Origin: Ostrea edulis
Taxonomy: Eukaryota
Direction: 5' to 3'
DNA: 64,000 bases
Assembly: GCF_947568905.1 (NCBI RefSeq)
Contig: NC_079171.1
Coordinates: forward strand, 57,474,001 to 57,538,000
Under the pieces are notes generated by a model, which worked only from the letters and a program-made list of their open reading frames with translations, ran no database searches and was not told the origin of the DNA. Shown here in pieces: positions 26,305-39,393 of this stretch (position 1 is its first letter; every line of letters starts with the position of its first letter). Made by a program: the position numbers and the translations under genes.

Positions 26305-26822
26305 AGTAAAACTGAACAAGAACAGCTGTACCGGAGTGTGACGTAACATATCAGTAAAATTGAACACGAAGAACTGTACCGGAGTGTGACGTAACATATC
26401 AGTAAAACTGAACAAGAACAGCTGTACCGGAGTGTGACGTAACATATCAGTATAACTGAACAAGAACAGCTGTACCGGAGTGTGACGTAACATATCAGTA
26501 AAACTGAACAAGAAGAACTGTACCGGAGTGTGACGTAACATATCAGTAAAACTGAACAAGAAGAACTGTACCGGAGTGTGACGTAACATATCAGTAAAAC
26601 TGAACAAGAGCAGCTATACCGGAGTGTGACGTAACATATCAGTATAACTGAACAAGAACAGCTGTACCGGAGTGTGACGTAACATATCGGTAAAACTGAA
26701 CAAGAAGAACTGTACCGGAGTGTGACGTAACATATCAGTAAAACTGAACAAGAACAGCTGTACCGGAGTGTGACGTAACATATCAGTAAAACTGAGCAAG
26801 AACAATTTAACTGTACCGGAGT
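26305..26822. repeat. 48-bp minisatellite, about 11 copies
   Basis: cagtaaaactgaacaagaacagctgtaccggagtgtgacgtaacatat units with no spacers. Confidence 0.95.
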
Positions 26823-29800
26823 GATGAGACAATGAACAAGTGCAGTGTTACATTTGTAGTATCTAATCTAGATTTCAGAATAGAGAAGGTTAAGAAATAA
26901 GTTTCATTTTGAAAATACATGAGGGTATGGATGGACTGCAATGCTTACAATTCAAGAGGACGAGGACTTTTTTAAGCAGATCAACTTGTACAGACTGGTA
27001 GCCCATTTATTTAAATAGTCCTGTTGAATACATGCACCACTGCTTTTAACAAATCTGAGGTGCACATTTGCTCTTTTATCCACACCGCATTGTTTTATCT
27101 CGTTGAATCCGCCCCTCGTTAGCTCGGCACACCTTATCGGCATCATCTTATGAATGAACGTTAAAAGTAACTAGATATATATGATATAGAGTGTATACAT
27201 GATTTATATATATACATATACTATAGTTGAAGAGGGGGTGGGTAAAATAGGCTGTGCTTGCTGTCCAATCCCATTCTCTTATTTGTGAGTAAAATATAGT
27301 TTTAAAATAAAAATAGTTACACAAACGTTAACTGCATTACCATCTATATAATGTTCACAAATGAAAATATGCCAAAGTGTTGAAATATATATTTAGCGTC
27401 GCTTCTGTATGTACAACGCCCCTATCCTTACCATGCTACGCTTAGATAAACCACCGGGACAGATCATGTACATTGTCAGCACAAAGGAAAGACGTATCCA
27501 CGTACCCACTAACCACCCCCACCCCACCCCCGCCCCCACCCCCACGCTTTTCATGACTTTTGATTTTTAGAAATTAAAGTGATACCAATCCCCTTCAGGA
27601 GAAAGCCCCAGCATTATAAGAATACGTATGAATATGGCCCTCCCGGTGGATATCAGGAGTCAGTCCTACATACCGCTGGGCGCTAGGCCAGCGTGACTTC
27701 AGTTAGTCCTCTAACCCCACGGAACTCCTCCTAGAATCCGCCCCGCTACTAGACATAGATCCCCGTCGCACTGGTAGCATTTCAGATCAGATTTGTCCTC
27801 GGGGTCTAAACAAACACCGAAATTGATACCCCCCCCCCCCCCCAACAATCCAGTTATTGTAGATTTCTCTAAACTCACGCAATCTAAATTTTCCGGCCAG
27901 GATATTTATGGTCAGTATTTTTTTTTCCACTCGTAGTTTCTCTTCTTTTCACACCGTTATTGGTTCGGTTTGCAGGCTTCATTCAATAAATGGTCAGTTT
28001 TGAGCGGCGCGATGTACAGTGTATCAGTATTAAGAGTGTTAGCCAATGTGGGGAAAACTGACCAGCCCATTAAAGATTTGTTTAGATGTGATAATGACTG
28101 CACAGTGCGACGTTTTATTGGGGGATCTTACATGTGTTTGTTTGTTTAGATATATAGTGTGACGTTTTATTGGAGGGGTGGGGGGGGGTGATTACACGTA
28201 CTTGTTTGTATAGATATATAGTGCGATGTTTTATTGGGTGTTTATTGGAGGTCTCTGAATAATAACCCGACCTACAGAAAAGTGATCTACAGGACCACGA
28301 AGTCGCTAAGTAGATAAGCACAGCGTCACTTACAGAGGTACATGTATACTACTAGTGTATCGTCCTACACAGGAACTAAACATCAATCGAAAATCAACGT
28401 ATAACTATAAACTAATTCGTGTATTCAATCTATATTGTGACGGGAAGCAGGGTATGCCGGGATTGAAATAAGTCCAGCCTCTCACAAAGTACTACATGTA
28501 GTTCTGTCGTCTTTATTAAGAGACCTCACTGTCAATAGGACTTGGGATCAGAAGAACTTACAGCATGTATAATACTCATAAATCATGAAATACGCTGTCT
28601 CCGTGTTGTACCCGGGTTCGGTTGTGATTCCTAGATTATGTTCAACACCTACTTTGAAATGAAAAGATCTGTAAAGTTTACACATTTATTACCAAAGTAA
28701 ATATGGTTTTAAAGTAATTGATAACAAATGATGAGTTTTACAATGCAAATGGCTGAGTATAACTATAGAAGGGAATGTAAATTACCCCCCAATCCTCCAA
28801 CCCCCCTAAAATAAATTAGAATTACGAAAATAAATAAGTACTGAAATAATAAGAAAATCTAAAGTTATGACAATAACAAACTTCCATGCACTGTGAAAAA
28901 TACACAGTGTTATATCACTAACGGGCTTCCATGCACATCAAAAGTAATACAGAACAAGAGTAAATGTAACTACTGGGATAGCCTATAAGCTATACGAAAA
29001 TACTAACTCTGAAAAATGCTAAGGTAAGGAATATAGAATTCTACACTGAACCAAAGTAAATTCCTTTTACAAATGTATCTACACTTTATAAAGAAAATCC
29101 TAACTCCTTAAAACTGGTTCTAAACAATACGTTCTTTTTACTTAATTAATGCATGTTGAAAACCCTACTCTATGTAAAAGAAGCGAACACGGCGGTCTTG
29201 TGAAGCAGGAACCTTAAGTTTTTGACTCTAGCAGAGTAAATCTGCTTATGCAAATCTTGATAGGACTATTGGGCTGACAAACCAATAACAGACTAAACAT
29301 AAACGCTCAAGTCCATGATAAAACTTCTTGGCTGATGAAATCGCCGAAAACAAAATTATATTCAAGAAGCCTTTTTCAATTTTCATCATTTTTTTTTTTT
29401 AAATTCAAAAAATTAAAACTTCTATCTGTGTCTTTAGGCATTTCCATCAGATATTCAGACCACGCACCACACCACAGCGAAATTTGGACTCCATAATCTC
29501 TTGTTTGCAAACGAAACACTTTGATTCTTATCATTCCGGAAATATCATATCAAATCATCACCTTTTCGATTATTAAATCATTCTACATAAGAGAGGTTTA
29601 AACAAGTCATTAAATAAAACTTTAGTGTAACGAGCCACCTTAAACTGTGTACATATCTGCCAACACTGTCGGATATAGAAATATATTCAGAATTCCACGA
29701 TTTTCAATGAAAACAGGACTAGGATATAGAACTGGTGTATTAACGCAGACCTCTGTACACGTATGTAAACACGAAATGGTTCTGTTTGTTTAAGTCCATT

Positions 29801-30219
29801 AAGGGACAATGAATGACAATAAACTCACACCTTAAAGCACGTGAGTTCAGAAAGGTTGATTATCATAAGAACGTGCTCGATACACCAGGGGGCTGACATG
29901 TTGTTGTATCTAACTGTATGAATAGCGGAGTTCTGATATCCTTTGCAACACTGTAGTTGTGGGTTTTTTCACATGCAAACTGGTATACTAGTAGTTCTGC
30001 TGCAGAACAGAGTATAGACTGCCGTTATTCAGAGAATATATTGATTATAAACATTCTAAAAAATAAAATACATCCCATACATCAATATTACATGTACACA
30101 ATCTGTTGAAATAGTATGCTATTTTCTATTCATCACAAATATCATGAATATTGGAATTAGAGAGAGAGAGAGGGGGGGGGGGGTTGAAGGACGTGAAATA
30201 AAATGAAATATGAACTTAC

Positions 30220-30353
30220 CGCACAAACGATATCCTAGATTTTGCAGAGGATCGCGGAGTTTTTGCCTCTGACTTCGGTGTGCTTAGTCCGGAGTTGGAA
30301 TCAGATGAGGTATGAGATCTGTTGACACCTGCACTTTTCCTTGATGCAGACAT
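30220..30353 (-). CDS. Candidate first coding exon (MSASRKSAGV...PRSSAKSRISFV+CG), Ser/basic-rich N-terminus
   Basis: 134-nt open frame from ATG to CG|gtaagt (phase 2). Candidate acceptors upstream at 30363-30364 or 30507-30508, and a candidate 5'UTR exon with donor gtaagt at 31194-31199. Confidence 0.6.
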
Positions 30354-30574
30354 AATCCATCACTTGAAAGCAAACTTCTTAGAGGCGGATAAAACCGGAC
30401 AGACCTATGCAAACTTAAACTTCTTAAAAAGCAGACAAAAACCGGATAAACTTGAACTTCTTAGAAGTGAGCAAAACCGGAAAACTTAGGCAAACTTGAA
30501 TTTTTACTGTGACATATAAAACGAGTAATTTTTGTTTCCTCATAATGTAAAACTTATATGGTACCAATTTTGAT

Positions 30575-30618
30575 GCACCAGATGCGCATTTCAACAAATA
30601 ATGTCTCCTCAGTGATGC
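30575..30618 (-). ncRNA. Hammerhead ribozyme copy (repeat 30543-30730)
   Basis: Reverse complement reads GCATCA CTGAGGA GAC attattt GTT GAAA TGCGCA TC TGGTGC: palindromic stem III, G-U at the base of stem II. Confidence 0.65.
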
Positions 30619-31139
30619 TTAAGCCGAAATATTGGAAATCCGAAATAACAATAAACTTGTATAAAAAAAAAAAAAAAAAAAAAAAAAACCTAATCCCCCC
30701 CAAAACCAGAGTGACAATGACTGGAGTCAAAATCATTTTCATTTATATGATTTTCCATAAGATAGATTTGAGTCGAATGTAAATTGTATCGTGGTTTTCT
30801 TTTCCCCCTTTTTTTTCTCTCCTTTATTAAAATAAATCTAAAAAAAACCACACACACAACAAAACTTGGCCTACTTATTCCAAAACAAGATTAAATTCTG
30901 CAATACATTCACAATTTGTGATTTTGTTTTTGAATTGTTGAGGAAACTTAACATTGTTATTAGTGATTTTGTTTTTGAATTGTTGAGGAAACTTAGCATT
31001 GTTATTAGTATGTAGTATTTAGCAGTGTTATTATTAACAATAATACTGTTTAGATGAATAGCAATGTTAAACTTTCTCAACAAGTACTGAGTATGTTAAT
31101 TTAATATAATACATCATGTAGAATTAGGCAGCAGGCAGA

Positions 31140-31720
31140 GCCTATATATGAGTCTAAAACGAACAACGAATCCGAATAAAAAGAAGTTTTACTACTTACA
31201 CAAAGTTTTATCGGCGACGAAAATGCCCGAGAGAACCCCCTACAACAAATCCTCGCCCCCAAAAATGCGAATTCCTTGGATTCTTGGAATATTTATGTTT
31301 GTAATTCCTCCTGATATCGGAGTCTCTAGATGACGACGCACTCGGACGGGCGTCAACTATCGGTTTAATTCCTTAATGAATTTATAACAACATTGGCACG
31401 GAAGAGACAAAAGGCGTAAGGACGGCACGAGATCCGGAAATCGATAGAACGGGAGATTCCGGGTCGATTTTTAGCACCGCTGGATTCCACTTGAAAAAAC
31501 TTCCCGACATTGATTAGTTGTACTTAAAAAGGACAGAGGTATTGTACTTTAGGAAAGTTTTATTGTGATGCGTCGCTAATTGTATCGGGTATTTCAGTGA
31601 AAGAAATAACGAAAGAATTACTTGTAGTCGAGACACGTGAAACTTTGCCGATAATTTGACGATTCGTGCCGCGCACAGTAAAATAGGAAATGTTGAAGTG
31701 TTATAAAACTACTGCAGATT
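31140..31720. promoter_or_regulatory. CpG-enriched non-repetitive island, candidate promoter of the minus-strand gene (possibly shared with the BTB gene)
   Basis: Visibly higher CpG content than the flanks. Minus-strand donor at 31199. The + strand BTB gene needs an upstream UTR exon because its ATG is 2 nt after an acceptor. Confidence 0.35.
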
Positions 31721-34099
31721 AAATTCGTGTTCTAAGTGAGCTTTCAATTTTCATTTTCTAATGGTTGCTCTCATATGTACAAAAAAAAAAAAAAAAAAAG
31801 AGAGAGATAGGATGATTTGATCTGAGCTCGTTTTCATGCTTAAAATATTCACAATGCATGACGACTAAAGGAGTTTAGCTGCGGGGTTTAACAAGATCAT
31901 GCTCAGATCTTTGATCCGCACCGGTAATATTTTATGTATACCGATACACTAAATATGACGTAATCTTACAGGAACGCATTAAAAATCTTATTTCAATAAG
32001 AGGCTGGAAGCTCACACCTATATCTGTGATAAATATGATCCTGGATCCAGGTTTTATATCCAAAACACTATAAAATATTCACATTTTGTTTGTCAGAACT
32101 AGGTCGTTCTAGGGTTGTTGATCCCTGGGCCCGCACCAGGACTTCGCTTTAGACCCCCTGGAAGTTTAATCGCATGCCCCGCTCATTTAGTTGTTTACCC
32201 CCCCCCCCCTCCCCTTCGATCAGATATATCTGAATCCGCCGCTGCATATACGCCTCTATGCAGTACAGTCTTCGATAGAACTGAGAAATCGGGCTGAAAT
32301 TAAAGTGAAGACGGTTAAAAGAAAATTATAAGTGATTTGAGTTAGTGTGTCCATTGAGAATGAGAGTACCAAGCCCCCGAATGCGTAACCCGAACGCAGT
32401 TTCCCCCAAGATTGAGCGGAGGTATAAATGTCTACGTGTTGCGTTGTTGGCTATTGTCAAGAGTGAAATTATTTGGAATTGAAATAAATAAATATAGAAG
32501 TTTAAATTTGAAAATTTATCGCATAAAATAGGGAAATGACTGAGGAAATCACCATGGTAGGGGTGAAATTAAGGGTGTGACTTACGGCGAATTGCTATGC
32601 GAGTTGTAAAAAAGTACAAATAAACGGGACCCTATATATTAATTTTAAATAAATGATCCCCAACATTGTAAAGTCATTCCAAATGCCAAATTGAAATGAA
32701 CTTTAAAATGTTGGCGATCATTTATTTAAAATTAATATACAGTAGTTAATTCGTGAGAGGACCAAAGTTTAGTATTGAGGTCTATGGGAAATGAATATGA
32801 TACTCTTGGTGTACAATACAAGAGAGATAACTCTTATCAAAAGTTTCCTCTTGGCTCCAATCTCGGTAGCGCGGGTTAAAACACTTTGTTTACTAAGGAG
32901 ACCACCAGATCTACTGCACAACCGAAAGTTGTGAAAGAAAAATCCCATGATCGACATCCAGTTGTGCAGTAGACACCCCCCTTCTAGATTAAAGATTTAT
33001 TATATTTATATGCATTATTAAGAATTTAAAATCATTTTGAAATTTAAAAGTAATTTTGATTCATTTTCTCAAATCTCGTGCAAAGCAATGGATGAGTAAT
33101 TTTGTGTTCATTGAACTAAACTTATTTTGCTAGTACATGCGTGTCTGTTTTATGTAGTGTGTGATTGTGACTATCTATAATTGTTGGTTTTGTTTCCGAG
33201 CTGATATCTACTCGTCAGAAATAGACCTATTTCTTTAATTAAAATTCATATAACCTGTCACGGATGGTCTGTGTTGTCAGTAGAACTGGTTCGCAAACAC
33301 GACCTTGAAGAGTCTCAGGGGAAGTTTTCCTTGGAGATTTGTAAACAAGTGAGGTATATTAAGATACAGGTTTATATTATTTACTTTTTTACACATTGAT
33401 AATTATTGTGTTTTGTGAATATTGCATTTCATAAGCTCACACCGCATAATTCGAGCGCGACCCCGAGTATTTTAAAAGCAGGACATGCCATTCCGAATTT
33501 CCTTAAATAAATTGTCGGGGTACATAAAAACTGCAGGAGGCAGCAGTTTTATTTGTGAATGTGTGCAATGTAATCAACGACCGCCGAGCTTCACGAATTA
33601 CTACGGCCGCGAAGCGACAGGAATGCCGGCAAATTTTCGGTCTAAAGGCTCCCTGGAGCTTATGTTTCAATGTTGTACATAGTTCAAAGTTGTACATGCG
33701 AACATATAGGGAAAACTTTGAATATGGGCCAAGGTGATTCAGGTGAGCGATGTGGCCCATGGTCTTCTTGTTTTGCTATGTTTGATTTTCACATAGTTGT
33801 ATTCACCAGCATAGTGTTGAAGGGGGGTTTTCTTTGCATATCTTTAAACATCTTATAATGTGACTTTGAGGTAAGAAACTGAATCGTGGCATATTAACTA
33901 GTATGAATGTATTATTGCATTAAAGAAATGAGATTATGTGTTTTATTTCATATTTAACAAAGGGGTAAAATAGAATTCGTCTCTTCTACGATAATTTAGC
34001 TACAACATGGTATGACTGCACTCATTAGCTCTTATCTTCGAATTCAGTGACAAAACTTAACTCAAAATGAATAACGTATTGCAGATATTTCGGGGGCCT

Positions 34100-34186
34100 C
34101 CCATCGCCGGAAACCCACAGTTGATTACGCTTCGTTCCTCTGAGAGAGGAACGAAGCGTAATCAACCGTGGGTTTCCGACGATGGG
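34100..34186. repeat. 42-bp inverted repeat with a 3-nt loop
   Basis: Arms 34100-34141 and 34145-34186, two mismatches. Confidence 0.9.
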
Positions 34187-34250
34187 GGCCTCCTCTAATT
34201 TTTTTTTTTTTTTTTTTGGTTTGGAAACGAACTTTCTTGACACCCTTTAA

Positions 34251-34665
34251 AGGGACTGAATCACGATATTTCCACAAATGTTATTTTTCACTTTTAATGA
34301 TCAAAATTTACCAAAATTTACTTTCTAATGTGTTTAAAAGGTTTCACAAAAACATCAAGGTTATACATTATCACAGAAGCTCTTTTTAGATAGTCTATTA
34401 TTTGTTTGGTAAACAAAGATTGCGATATGTTTACAGTTTTCAAAAGAAACGAATATCGATTTAAGTGTATTTTATCTATTACATTTCAAGTATGTTTAGG
34501 TAAAATGTGTCATCTAAAACAAAAATTTTTGACTGTGCAAAATTAAGAAGCTTTACATTACAAAATTATTCAACATTTCACTGGTTTTAGACGAGTTATA
34601 TTTTTAATGTGTTAATAACATCAGAATTGAAAAATATTTTTTTCCTAAAAACGTAACGAGTCCAT
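34251..34665 (+). mobile_element. Kolobok-like MITE; second copy at 47938-48455
   Basis: TTAA|AGGGACTG...(G/C)AGTCC(A/C)T|TTAA at both loci, with shared internal sequence. Confidence 0.75.
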
Positions 34666-34727
34666 TTAAATTAGAGAATAACATAATTATCAAAACAGAA
34701 TTACCATTTTCTTTCTTTTATTCAGCA

Positions 34728-37700
34728 ATGGAACATCCTAAAGAAAAAAAGCAAGGTAACTGCTCATTACAGGACAGCATTCGGCAGATGTACCAACATC
34801 ACCTTGACACCGGTGACGTCACATTCCAGGTCGGCGAAGATGGCGACGAAGTGAAAGCCCACAAGTTCATCCTGATGTGTCGAAGCAATGTGTTTTTCTC
34901 GATGTTTTCCAAACATGATCCACCAAAAGAAGCCCTTAAGCTTACCGACACCAAAAGGGATGTATTCATACAATATTTAGAGTAAGTTAGACTAGCGTAG
35001 ATAAAATATTCTCTATCAAAATGATTTTAAGCGCTTGTTCTCATACTAGAGCTTCTGCCTTTTAACACTAGGTGTTAATTGTTTATTTCCGTCAAGCCGA
35101 AATACTAAAACGCACTTAGTCTGCATGTTGAATAGGTGTTTATTTTACAAATTTAAAAAACTGACAACAATAAGTACAAAATTTACAACTTGAAAACAAT
35201 AAGTACAAAATTTTATATCTGACAACATGAAGTACAAAATTCAAATCTCACAACAACAAATACAAAATTGAAACCTGATAAAAGTAAATACTTGCATCCT
35301 TATAAAGTTATCATAAAATTGTAACAACGTGAGAACATAAAGTATAATATATAAAATATGAAAAAAATTAATAACAATAATAAAATTGAATTCATACCTT
35401 ATAACTTCGAACATGGCAAAACACCTAGGATAAACACATTTGAAGAAATACAATTTCCATTTTGTTTGAACAGAGAAACATCCGAATACAAAAACAAATC
35501 AATTACTTAGTGCGAGGATATTTAACCAAAAACAAAAAAAAAACATAAAAAAATAACCTTTTCCCTCTTAAAATTTTTCATCATGAATTTGCAGATTTAT
35601 GCATACAACACTTCGGTATTCCCATTAAAGCAGTGAAAGAATTGGAACTCTCACTTTGGGATGTATTATGGTATGGTGATCGTGTCCGTCCGTCCGTCTT
35701 CGTGTCCGTCCGTCTTCGTGTCCGGCTCATAACTTAAATACTAAGAGACCTAGAATCATCAAACTTTTTTCAGCTAAGACATTTTGGGTAAAGGGTGTAT
35801 CGCATTTTAAAGTTAGTTCACCGTGAATTTTGATTAAGACGATATGGCTAGATATGGCGAAACCCTGGCCGACTCATAACTGGACAATTACTTGGTTTAG
35901 AATGATCAACCTGGTCAGTTGATGCATCTTAAGGAGGTGTGTCGTGTCCTAAATCAAGATCTCTGTGACCTTTAACTAAGATGATATGGCTATATATGGC
36001 ATAACTTCTCTCTCCTTTTTTGTTTTGTTTGGACTAATGTAGGTATGAACCCTAGAATGAACAAACTTTGTCAATTCGTGCATCTGTAGATATTGTAGCT
36101 TAAAACCAGGTCATTAAAACTTTTAGTGTGGTGAGTATTTTTTTAAAAAAAGCTATGTTTTAAGGGAGGTAATCCCTACATATATTAGAGAGTAATGAAA
36201 TAACCGTATTCAATAATTATTATATCAAGAAATACACATATTTATGCTCCCTGAAAAATTTCGTGGGAGCATATAGCCGTCGTCATGTCTGTTCGTCCGT
36301 CCGAGCTCATACCTCATAAAGCTTTCATCAGAAATTGATATAATTGATCACAAATGTTCCTTGTGACAAGGACGTTTGGACTACGTCTTTCGAGGTCATT
36401 TTGTAAGGTCAGAGTCACTTAGAACAAATACAATTTCCTTATCTCAACAGTTTTTATGTATAAGTTCCCATCTCTTAAATCTTTCATAAAAAACTAATCA
36501 TATTTGATCACAAATATTCCTTTTGAGAGAGGAACTTTTGGACCAAGGTCATTTTGGAAAGGTATAGGTCACTCGGAACATACGCCTTATAGGTAAACAG
36601 TTCTTTATTCTAACAGTTTTTGAACAGGTATTGATCATATACCCATCAAATACGTACATGTAATAGACAAATGGCTTTTAAACAAAGGTCACTCAAGTCA
36701 GTCATTTTTTAAAGGTCAATGTCACTCAACACTCAGTTTTCCGACTGGTTTTTTGTCGAGACTGGGGCGAGGCAAGGTTGTGTTTGGTCTCCCCTACTGT
36801 TTGGCATTCTCATAGACTGGGTATTAAGAAAGTCCTGTGACAGTCATGGATTGCAGATGAAGAAGCGTGTTCGTACACTTAGGGGAATCGAGGACGGTTG
36901 GAAACTATCAGACCTCGACGTTGCTGATGATGTGGCTCTGATAGAACCAGACGAAGAAAAATCTACAGCAGCACTGGCAAGACTTAGGAGAGCAGGAAAA
37001 GAGGTTGGCCTTGTAGTTTCTGCAGAGAAAACCAAGGTTATGCCAATAGGTGAAACACCGGCATGCGTGAAAGATGAAGAGTCTACCATTGATAAAGTTT
37101 AGAAGTTTAACTACCTAAGCTCAACTGTAACACCAATTAATTCCATCGATACTGAGCTGAACATTCTAATAGGAAAAGCCGCCAATGCATTTAAGAACTT
37201 GCGCAACACTTGGAGAGCAAAGATCAGCTTCAAAATAAAAATGAGAATATATAGAGCAGTTGTCATTCCAACATTGCTGTATGCATCTGAGACATGGGTC
37301 ACAACCAGGAAACATGAGCAACGACTAGACGCCTTCGATTCCAGATGCCTTAGAATTATTCTGAAGACCAAATGGTGGGAACGAAGGCGCAACAGTGACA
37401 TTCGAGAGCTCACAGATCAACCATTTGCCTCAACACTACTCATGAGGAATCGGCTGAGATGGTTTGGTCACATGTCGAGGATGGGAGACGAAAGATTCCC
37501 TAAGCGAATGTACGAATGGGACCCTACATCGGTCGGAGGCAGACGAAAACAAGGACGACAACGGCAGAGATGGCGAGACACGCTGGCAAGAAACTTTACA
37601 ACTGCGGGCCTAACATATCAGGAGGCCGAAAATATAGCCAAAGACCGTGTGACATGGAGGGATACCATAGCGGCACTGATGTGATAACAATCACTAACAG

Positions 37701-38239
37701 TATCCAGTCAGTCAGTCAGTCAGTCAGTCAGTCAGTCACTCACTCACTCACTCACTCACTCACTCACTCACTCACTCAACATACACCTTATACCTTATAC
37801 ATGAAAAAACCCACTTCATTTCAACGATTTTTCAACAGTTTTGATCTTTTGGACCAAGGTCACTCAGAAGATATCGCTTTTATGAGAATAAATGCCTTAT
37901 TTCAAGAGTTTTTGAGCAGGTATTGATCATATATCGCACAAATAATTAATAGGGAAATGGCTTTCATACATAGGTCACTCAAGGTCATTTGGTAAAGGTC
38001 ACTCAACATATATCTTGCATATGAAAAAAATTAATTTAAACAATATTTCAACAGTTATTCATCTTTGGACCAAGGTCGTGAGAGTTCCATCGCCAAACGC
38101 TCGGCATTAGGTGTGAATGTCACGGGTCCTCGGAGATTACCTTAAAAACGGATGACCCGTGTCATAGTAGGGTTAGCTAAAGAACCATCACTGCTCAATG
38201 GCCGTAAATAGGCCTAAATTTGAAGCCCTTCACCGGTCT

Positions 38240-38274
<35 letters not shown>

Positions 38275-39346
38275 CGCGACGTTAAAGCTGACCTGAATTA
38301 ATAAATACGTACACCTTTCTCATCTTATCCGCCATATTTCTTTCAGGTAGCCTAATTTACTCTACTCGTATATACCCCAAATATGATTGTCACACCTGAG
38401 TGATTTTTCTAGGTGGACTCGACCAGTGCACATCTCCGATAGTAATAAATAAGGAATGCGAAACAAATAAAATCACATTTTAAAACATTATGCTTTGCTC
38501 AAAATTACAAAATATGTATTGTATACCAATGCGACATTCCGAAAGTTTAGATAATTTAGAAAAAAAAATGCAAAAAAAAAAAGCTTTTCTCTCATACTTG
38601 CAAGTGCATGCAAGTAGTTGCAGTTTCTTATGAAATAAATGCGGAGAAATCATTTACCAATTACATACTGATAGAATGGAATAAGCAAAGAGCATAAAAT
38701 ATGTTATTTATATCAATTCTTGCAAAATACAGGTGCATGCCATATACGTAATATGTAATGCACATGGCATATTCGCCACAAAAAAAAAACCATATCAAAT
38801 ACGGACGTCTATTCAACAGGTATCGGAGATGTGCACTTACCGAAAATATTAGATTCTCTTTATTCTGATAAATCCACGAAACAAAATGATAAACTCCATT
38901 TGTATCTCGTTAGAACTTTACAACACGTTGTCATTCCATTATACAGACTGCGACACACTTCACCCGTGCCAAACAGGGTGTCTTCAATCAGGGGAGATGT
39001 CAGAATCGAAAATTTTTGTTGTATTGAATGCTTGTCTGGTCGAGGTTTTGCAGTTTACAGAAATCAGGAATCTAATCATATACACTGAGCATCTGGTGGG
39101 ATATATTGCGTGCTCAATTAAAAATTTATCGATGATCATATACAAATTTGGATATACAAATAAGGGAATAATGATCGAAAATATACATCTGTTTAAAAAT
39201 GCGGGTATTACATTTGCAATCCATAATAAACAGTTGATTACAAATACACATATAAAAGGAAATGTATAAACGAAAATATAGTTTTACTGTTTCTTTTGGA
39301 ACCACATAATTATTTACGGTCTCTGTATGTCCATATTCATTGATTG

Positions 39347-39393
<47 letters not shown>

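Noticed and set aside
26251-26832. Minus-strand ORFs with FSFTDMLRHTPVQ repeats, and a CRISPR-like appearance
   Set aside because: A 48-bp unit keeps frames open by arithmetic. Units are contiguous with no unique spacers and there are no cas genes in this eukaryotic DNA.
27420-28380. Other minus-strand ATG...GT candidates (ATG|gtaagg near 27430; MFSSCVGR... ending near 28333)
   Set aside because: Wrong phase or lacking the shared motif; cannot be separated from chance.
29331-29352. CTGATGAAATCGCCGAAA (possible hammerhead)
   Set aside because: No pairing for stem II, and no stem I or III found.
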